A stretch of DNA of 64,000 nt, from the NCBI GenBank assembly GCA_041649175.1, contig JBAZNR010000002.1, positions 114,822 to 178,821 of the forward strand, written 5' to 3'. This DNA is from Candidatus Omnitrophota bacterium (GTDB lineage Bacteria; Omnitrophota; Gorgyraeia; Zapsychrales; JBAZNR01). How positions within the stretch are numbered: the stretch's first letter is position 1; each line of letters begins with the position of its first letter. Positions 58,233 through 64,000 of the stretch are shown piece after piece. The notes beneath the pieces are model-generated. The model searched no databases, was not told the DNA's origin, and saw only the letters and a list, made by a program, of their open reading frames with translations. Made by a program: the position numbers and the translations under genes.

Positions 58233-59888
58233 TTGCTAACTTTTTGTAGCTTTAATTCATTGCCTATGAGAATTCGTTCAATCACTTCGCTTTTCTGCCT
58301 TTGGTCTTTAGCCTTTAGTTTTTGGGCTATCGCTCCTGCCTTCGCTAATAATTTACAAATCACAGGATTTTCCGACTATTCAACCGACACCAGCGCTAAC
58401 ACCACAACCTTTACCTTTAATGTCACGCAAGATAATAGCTGGAGAAACGCCACCAATCATGATGCGGTGTGGATCTTTCTAAAATATTCCACCGATGGTG
58501 GAGCCAGCTGGAACCATGGCAGTATGTCCGGCTCCGGCACTAATCCAACAGGCTTTAACGCGCCAACCGGATTTGAAATAAAAGTCCCCGCGGATGAAAA
58601 AGGATTTTTCTTGCAAAGAACCGATCTTGCCGCGGGAAGCATTTCCGCCTCAGGCGTTCGCGTGGTTTGGGATTACGGCCAAGACGGGCTTTCGGATACA
58701 ACCGCACAAGCCGGAAACACTACCCTTAAGATCTTTGGGCTAGAAATGGTCTATATTCCTGAAGGTGCATTTTATGCGGGGGATGGAAGCACTAACAATT
58801 CTTCTTTTCGCCAGGGCAGTTCTGATGCTGACCCTTGGTATGTTGAGAGCGAAAATGCCATTAGCGTAACTAATGCAACAGCGAACGGTTATTATTACAC
58901 GTCCAGCGGTGTTTCGGGTGAAAACGGAACTGCCACTACTTTTCTTATTCCCGCCCAATTTCCCAAAGGCTACCAGGCGTTTTATTTAATGAAATATGAA
59001 TTGACCGAAGGCCAATGGGTCTCATTTTTTAATACGCTAACAACCGACCAGAAAACAATCCGTGATATTACCAGTTCTGATCAAGCTGGGAAAAACTCTG
59101 ATGCCGTCATAAGAAGAAATACGGTGAACTGGGATTCAGCTTCGCCGCTAAAAAACGCAAAAACTTCTCGTCCTGATAGGCCGGTCAGCTATGTTTCTTG
59201 GCCGGATATTTGCGCCTATGCGGACTGGGCGGCGCTTCGCCCGATTACAGAACTTGAGTTTGAGAAAGCTGCCCGCGGTGCTGGCATAACAGCTGTTTCG
59301 GGTGAATACGCTTGGGGTACAACCTCCGGAACAATAGCTGTAACTTTTTCCACAACACCGGAAAACGGAACGGAAGTCTTTATAACAGCTGGGCCAGCAA
59401 ACCATGTTGGCAATCAAACATTTAGCCGCGGCGATGATTATTTAGGCGCACAATATGCCCAAGGCCCAGCGCGTGCCGGAATCTTTGCAACCAGTACCTC
59501 TACGCGTATTACAAGCGGTGCCGGCTATTACGGAAATATGGAGCTCACTGGAAATTTGGCAGAGCCGGCGGTAACCGTCGGGCGCTCTCAGGGACGTGTT
59601 TTCCTGGGGACTCATGGAGATGGGGCTTTGACCACCACAACGACCAATGAAGGTAACGCGACGAATTTAGATTGGCCGGGAATAAATGCAGTTAATTCAA
59701 CGCGCGGGGTAACGGCAACCCCGGGCATGGGATATCGCGGCTATGACTGGCTTAATGCCATCGAAGGTTTTACTTCTTTGAGAGTTTACGCCTCATATGA
59801 CCCAGATAGCGTTGGCGATGTGGGGCAGCGATTTGGCGATACCGTTGATGTGAGTTTTGGCGGACGGTTAGGTCGCACGGCAGAATAA
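58233..59888 (+). CDS. secreted protein with C-terminal FGE/SUMF1-type (formylglycine-generating-enzyme-like) domain and Thr/Ser/Gly-rich N-terminal domain
   Basis: It has a signal peptide (MRIRSITSLFCLWSLAFSFWAIAPAFA). The FGE-sulfatase domain motif RPDRPVSYVSWPDICAYADWAALRPITELEFEKAARG is present. The N-terminal ~250 aa is rich in T/S/G/N and belongs to no family I recognise. Confidence 0.6.
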   Translation: MLTFCSFNSLPMRIRSITSLFCLWSLAFSFWAIAPAFANNLQITGFSDYSTDTSANTTTFTFNVTQDNSWRNATNHDAVWIFLKYSTDGGASWNHGSMSGSGTNPTGFNAPTGFEIKVPADEKGFFLQRTDLAAGSISASGVRVVWDYGQDGLSDTTAQAGNTTLKIFGLEMVYIPEGAFYAGDGSTNNSSFRQGSSDADPWYVESENAISVTNATANGYYYTSSGVSGENGTATTFLIPAQFPKGYQAFYLMKYELTEGQWVSFFNTLTTDQKTIRDITSSDQAGKNSDAVIRRNTVNWDSASPLKNAKTSRPDRPVSYVSWPDICAYADWAALRPITELEFEKAARGAGITAVSGEYAWGTTSGTIAVTFSTTPENGTEVFITAGPANHVGNQTFSRGDDYLGAQYAQGPARAGIFATSTSTRITSGAGYYGNMELTGNLAEPAVTVGRSQGRVFLGTHGDGALTTTTTNEGNATNLDWPGINAVNSTRGVTATPGMGYRGYDWLNAIEGFTSLRVYASYDPDSVGDVGQRFGDTVDVSFGGRLGRTAE

Positions 59889-59891
59889 CAT

Positions 59892-60701
59892 TTAGGTTCT
59901 TAACTTATATCCGATCCGGAACAAATGGACCGTGAAGAAAAATGAAGCGGTCGCGGCAACAAAAGCAAATCCAGAGCAAAGAAGAATAGGCGCATCAGAG
60001 ATCCCCGTAATACTAAACCGCATTCCGTTCACCAAATAATACATCGGATTAAACGCCGTAAAATACTGAAAGAATTTCGGTAAAATACTTACAGGATGAA
60101 AAACCCCTCCTAAAAAAACGCTCGGTAAAATAAAATACGTATTCCACATGCTGAGCATATTAAAATCTTCCGCCCATAAAGCCGCCATCATCCCCAAGCA
60201 AGAAAAGATCGTAGAAATGGCCATAACAAAATAAATCGTCAGAAACGGGTGCATGATCGGAATGGGTTCAAATACAAGCGAGATCATAAAAACACCGAGC
60301 ACCACAACACATCCGCGCGCCACACCTCCCGCCAAAAGCCCTAAAACCATTTCAAAATACGATAAAGGCGATAAAAGCATTTCTTGGATATGATTATGCC
60401 AGCGCGCGATAAAAAGCGACGAGCAGGTATTTTCGTAGGAACTTGTGATCAGGTGCATTGTCATCAGGCCCGGAATGATGAAGCTCAGGTAAGACATGTT
60501 CATGTCACCAAGGTCGATCTTTTTTCCAAGCGCTAAGCCAAAGATGCAAATAAAAAGTGTCGAGGAAATGATAGGCGGAAAAATTGTTTGCGTCGCCACG
60601 GAAAAAAATCTTAAAATTTCCCGACGCGCTAGCGTAATAACACCAACCGTGTTTTGAACCATTTTCTCAACCTTGGGTTTAATGGCCATTGCCGGAGCCA
60701 T
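59892..60701 (-). CDS. ABC-2 type transporter permease
   Basis: The 269-aa ORF has 6 TM segments. It overlaps the upstream ABC ATPase gene by 23 nt. Confidence 0.7.
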   Translation of the reverse strand: MAPAMAIKPKVEKMVQNTVGVITLARREILRFFSVATQTIFPPIISSTLFICIFGLALGKKIDLGDMNMSYLSFIIPGLMTMHLITSSYENTCSSLFIARWHNHIQEMLLSPLSYFEMVLGLLAGGVARGCVVVLGVFMISLVFEPIPIMHPFLTIYFVMAISTIFSCLGMMAALWAEDFNMLSMWNTYFILPSVFLGGVFHPVSILPKFFQYFTAFNPMYYLVNGMRFSITGISDAPILLCSGFAFVAATASFFFTVHLFRIGYKLRT

Positions 60702-61446
60702 TCTTATAAACAGGTGTTTCGTCTTTGACCGTTACTTCCAAAAATACCGTTTCCAGTGACCGGTCTTGAAGAACAGATTTCTTTTCGCCAATGCGGACAA
60801 TTTCGCCGTGGTGGACAATGCCGATGGTTTTGCAAAGTTTTTCGGCTTCTTCCATATAATGCGTCGTTAAAAAAATGGTTTTTCCTTCTTTGTTGAGTTG
60901 TGTCAAGTATTCCCAAATGCGGAATTTTAACTCCAAGTCGCAACCAGCGGTCGGCTCATCGAGAATAAGGATTTCCGGATCATGAATAAGGGCGCGACAA
61001 ATCAAAAGCCGTTTTTTCATCCCGCCGGAAAGTGCGCGGTGTTTAACATTACGTTTTTCCGTTAATTGAAAGCGTTCCAAAAGTTCATCAGCGCGGCGCG
61101 CGGCTTCTTTTTCCGGAATACCAAAATATCCGGCTTGATATACCAATAAGCGATGAATGGTCAAAAAAGGATCAAAATTAAATTCCTGAGCGCACAAACC
61201 AATAAGCGGGCGGGTTTGACGGTATTCTTTAGTGACATCATATCCGAAAACTTTTACATCGCCTTCATTGTAATTCGATAGCCCGGTTAAAACGTTGATG
61301 GTAGTTGTCTTTCCGGCACCGTTAGGCCCCAAAAACGCGAAAAAATCCCCGCGCTTAACATTAAAGGCAATCTTATTAAGCGCCCGGAGTTTTCCGTAAA
61401 ATTTCGTCAAACCGTCTATAGAAATGGCGATCTCTGAATTTTTCAT
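60679..61446 (-). CDS. ABC transporter ATP-binding protein
   Basis: It has Walker A GPNGAGKTT, the signature LSGGMKKRL, and Walker B LILDEPTAG. Confidence 0.85.
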   Translation of the reverse strand: MKNSEIAISIDGLTKFYGKLRALNKIAFNVKRGDFFAFLGPNGAGKTTTINVLTGLSNYNEGDVKVFGYDVTKEYRQTRPLIGLCAQEFNFDPFLTIHRLLVYQAGYFGIPEKEAARRADELLERFQLTEKRNVKHRALSGGMKKRLLICRALIHDPEILILDEPTAGCDLELKFRIWEYLTQLNKEGKTIFLTTHYMEEAEKLCKTIGIVHHGEIVRIGEKKSVLQDRSLETVFLEVTVKDETPVYKNGSGNGH

Positions 61447-61500
61447 GTTGGTGTATTATAGGTTTTCGAATTTTTTATGTCAAAGGGTAATTCGAATTCT

Positions 61501-62871
61501 CTAAAGCGCCGCTTTGGCTTTGCGTGCGGCATTGCGGACAATTTCCGGTAAGGCAGGGTGGATATAGATCATACTCAGTAGATCATCAAGTGTGCCGTGT
61601 TTATATATGAGCGCAATGACCATATGGATCATGTTGGATGCTTCCGGGCCGATGATATGCGCTCCCAGGATTTTTCTTGTTTTTCGTTCAATGAGGATCT
61701 TAACAAACCCGTGATCGGATAAAAGCGCCATGCCCATCGCGCTATTTTTATAATGATTCAATCCGACGACATAGTCAACACCTTCAGCCTTAAGTTCTTC
61801 TTCGGTTTTTCCCACGCCGGCAACTTGCGGATGACTGAATACAGCGTGAGGAACGGGGCCGTAATCTAGCGGTTTCCCGGTTCTTTTACCAAAAACCTCT
61901 TCAAATAAATATTCGCCTTCCCAGTTTACACTGTGGCGAAAAAGATAGTTACCGATGCAATCGCCCAAGGCATAAACACCATCAACCGATGTTTTTAGAA
62001 ATCCGTCGGTTTCAATAAATCCACCGGATTTTGTTTTTATATTTGTGTTTCTTAAATCGAGAGTATCAGTGTTTGGAATAACGCCTGTTGCAACCAAAAG
62101 GGCATCAGCCTGAATTTGTTTTTCGCCGGAATTGTCACGATAAAAAACAGTAAAGACGCTTCCTTGATGAGTGATCTTTGTCGGAACGGCACCTAAATGA
62201 ACATGATAAATCGTGGAGAAAACTTTATTGAATTCATCCGAAACTTGCCCGTCTTCTTTGCGCAAAAGTTTACTGCGCACCAAAAAATGAACTTCCGTTC
62301 CGAGGGCGCCATAGGCGTGGCCGAGCTCAACAGCGATATATCCGCCGCCTAAAACGATCATCTTTTTTGGGAGTTCTTTGTTACGAAGCGCTTCGGTGCT
62401 GGTCATAAACGGAACGCTTTCTATCCCAGGAATATTGGGAATATGCGGACGCGCGCCAACCGCGATAAAAATTTTATCCGCTGTCATTTCTTCACCATTA
62501 ATGGAAATAACTTTATCCGAAACAAATTTTGCGCAACCTCGATAAAAAGTGATGTTGGGATTTTTTTCGTAACCGGCTTCGATGCTTTGCGCGTCGTGAT
62601 CGACCGTTGCTGAAATTCGCTCGATCAAGTTGGAAAAGTTGACTTCAAAACGAGAATCGATATGAATATCAAATTTAGACGCTTCTTTAATAGAAACCGC
62701 GACATCGGCAGGGTGAATCAGCATTTTGGAAGGAATACATCCGCGGTTAAGGCAAGTTCCGCCGAGCGCGTCTTTTTCGATAACGGCAACTTTAAGCCCA
62801 AGGCGCGCGGCCGGAGAGGTAATCTTAGCACCGCCACCGGAGCCAATAACGATCACATCAAATTTTTTCAT
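61501..62871 (-). CDS. lpd: dihydrolipoyl dehydrogenase-family pyridine nucleotide-disulfide oxidoreductase
   Basis: It has FAD GxGxxG (VIGSGGGA), the redox disulfide GGTCLNRGCIPSK, an NAD motif VLGGGYIAVELG, and the C-terminal dimerisation HPALPE. Confidence 0.7.
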   Translation of the reverse strand: MKKFDVIVIGSGGGAKITSPAARLGLKVAVIEKDALGGTCLNRGCIPSKMLIHPADVAVSIKEASKFDIHIDSRFEVNFSNLIERISATVDHDAQSIEAGYEKNPNITFYRGCAKFVSDKVISINGEEMTADKIFIAVGARPHIPNIPGIESVPFMTSTEALRNKELPKKMIVLGGGYIAVELGHAYGALGTEVHFLVRSKLLRKEDGQVSDEFNKVFSTIYHVHLGAVPTKITHQGSVFTVFYRDNSGEKQIQADALLVATGVIPNTDTLDLRNTNIKTKSGGFIETDGFLKTSVDGVYALGDCIGNYLFRHSVNWEGEYLFEEVFGKRTGKPLDYGPVPHAVFSHPQVAGVGKTEEELKAEGVDYVVGLNHYKNSAMGMALLSDHGFVKILIERKTRKILGAHIIGPEASNMIHMVIALIYKHGTLDDLLSMIYIHPALPEIVRNAARKAKAAL

Positions 62872-62885
62872 AATTTATATAAGTG

Positions 62886-63890
62886 TTATGCGGTTGGTGT
62901 CAGAGCAGAATTTTGCTCGCAAAATTTCCACAGCCTACTGATGATCTCATCTAAATTCATGATGGAGCATAACTCCGCGCGCAATTGTGCCACATGGGGA
63001 AAGCCATGAAGATAACCGGGATAATGCTTTCTAAAAGAAACGATCCCATCGCCTGGGCCTCTATACTTAACGGATAACCGTAAATGCTCAATGCACAGTT
63101 CGATTTTTTCGGAAAGAGGGCATTCGGCAAGGTGCGTTCCGGTCGATACAAAATGTTTTATTTGCTTAAAAATAAAAGGATTGGCAATAGCACCGCGCCC
63201 GATCATGACACCGTCGCATCCGGTTTCAAACATTCGCCTCGCATCATCGGCGCAAACAATATCGCCGTTTCCGATCAAGGGAATTGAAATGACTTTTTTG
63301 ATCCTTTCCAACCAAGACCAGTCGGCATTTCCGCTGTGGCCTTGATCGCGGGTTCGGCAATGAACCGTTAAGGCTTTGGCGCCGCACTGCTCAATCATTT
63401 TAGCAACATCTAGAATAACGATATTTTTTGAATCCCACCCCAAACGGGTTTTAACCGTAACGGGAAGTTTTGTCGCGCGCACCGCCGCTTTTACGACCGC
63501 TTCAAAGCGCGGCAGATCTTTTAAAAGCCCAGCTCCTTCGCCGCGCATGGCAAAATTCTTAACCCAGCATCCGCAATTAATATCGATAAAATCCGGCGAG
63601 GCTTGCTCGGCGATTCGCGTGGCTTCTTCGATGGCTTCAGGGCGGCCGCCAAAGATCTGGATCGCGATCGGACGCTCTTCATCGGTCACTTGGATCTTGT
63701 GAAGAGTTTTGCGCACATCCCGAACCATTGCTTCGCTGCTGGCAAATTCGGTAAAAAGCAAGTCAGCCCCTAAGCGCTTACAGATAAGACGAAACGACGT
63801 GTCTGAAACGTCTTCCATGGGCGCCAGAGCAATCGGTTTATCAAGTTGTATGTGTCCGATTTTCATAGGAATAGTTTTTGAGCGAACCAA
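62886..63890 (-). CDS. dusB: tRNA-dihydrouridine synthase
   Basis: It has the Dus family N-terminus (LAPMEDVSDTSFRLICKRLGADLLFTEF) and FMN TIM-barrel motifs (DINCGCW, NGDI). Confidence 0.8.
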   Translation of the reverse strand: MVRSKTIPMKIGHIQLDKPIALAPMEDVSDTSFRLICKRLGADLLFTEFASSEAMVRDVRKTLHKIQVTDEERPIAIQIFGGRPEAIEEATRIAEQASPDFIDINCGCWVKNFAMRGEGAGLLKDLPRFEAVVKAAVRATKLPVTVKTRLGWDSKNIVILDVAKMIEQCGAKALTVHCRTRDQGHSGNADWSWLERIKKVISIPLIGNGDIVCADDARRMFETGCDGVMIGRGAIANPFIFKQIKHFVSTGTHLAECPLSEKIELCIEHLRLSVKYRGPGDGIVSFRKHYPGYLHGFPHVAQLRAELCSIMNLDEIISRLWKFCEQNSALTPTA

Positions 63891-64000
63891 TTATAACGTA
63901 TTTTCCTAAATATGCAAATGGGTTGATTTTTCCGTCTAAACCGCTATACTTGTTAGCGCAAAAACAATCCTGTCTTTTACGTCCCAATTCTTATGGAAAC

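Overview
This 64 kb window reads as a gene-dense chromosomal segment from a bacterium of moderate G+C (by eye roughly mid-40s %). Genes are tightly packed, often with 1-4 nt start/stop overlaps, and there are no rRNA, tRNA, CRISPR, integrase or transposase signatures. Most of the window is core metabolism and redox housekeeping:

- Copper/redox and TCA: SCO1 + DUF420, a B12-radical-SAM enzyme with a ferredoxin, and aconitase.
- Amino-acid and cofactor biosynthesis: leuCD, ilvD, aroC, ilvBH, thiC, bioB, nadA.
- Metal and Fe-S handling: Nramp, UspA, IscA.
- Energy and reductant supply: a two-subunit 2-oxoacid:ferredoxin oxidoreductase, trxB, cydAB, an Lpd-family flavoprotein.
- Stress and deoxynucleotide supply: aquaporin, Tpx, SOD, and a class I ribonucleotide reductase whose alpha subunit is unusually long (1047 aa) and appears to carry three N-terminal ATP-cones.
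- A thiol-redox block: Mrp/ApbC, a monothiol Grx, BolA, a dithiol Grx, gshB and a gshA-like gene.
- A menaquinone (men) cluster, menG-menF-menD ... menB-menA-menC-menE plus a hotdog thioesterase.

The most interesting region sits inside the men cluster. Between menD and menB is a roughly 5-6 kb stretch that is visibly AT-richer. It carries a class I SAM methyltransferase, then two tandem genes: a protein whose C-terminal domain matches the COG4271/PF10137-type 'TIR-like nucleotide-binding' fold, and a 537-aa P-loop NTPase (Walker A GEKGTGKT, Walker B ILFIDGID, SRPRD motif) that I cannot place in a named family. After these come a secreted/lipoprotein-like protein, a small membrane protein, a ~140 bp strand-skewed imperfect palindrome, and a DUF318 permease. 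I read the TIR-like + NTPase pair as a candidate, apparently uncharacterised, two-gene anti-phage defence module sitting in a small horizontally acquired island.

Other points worth a look:

- A repeat-rich, partly palindromic in-frame segment inside menD.
- An NrdR-box-like palindrome and promoters upstream of nrdA, and three stem-loops in the nrdA-nrdB spacer.
- A 610-aa conserved protein of unknown function divergent from bioB.
- A CxxC-containing ThiI-like PP-loop ATPase heading a nadA-cydAB-mrp gene string.
- A secreted protein with an FGE/SUMF1-type C-terminal domain.

All calls come from reading the translations and DNA by eye. No database searches were run.
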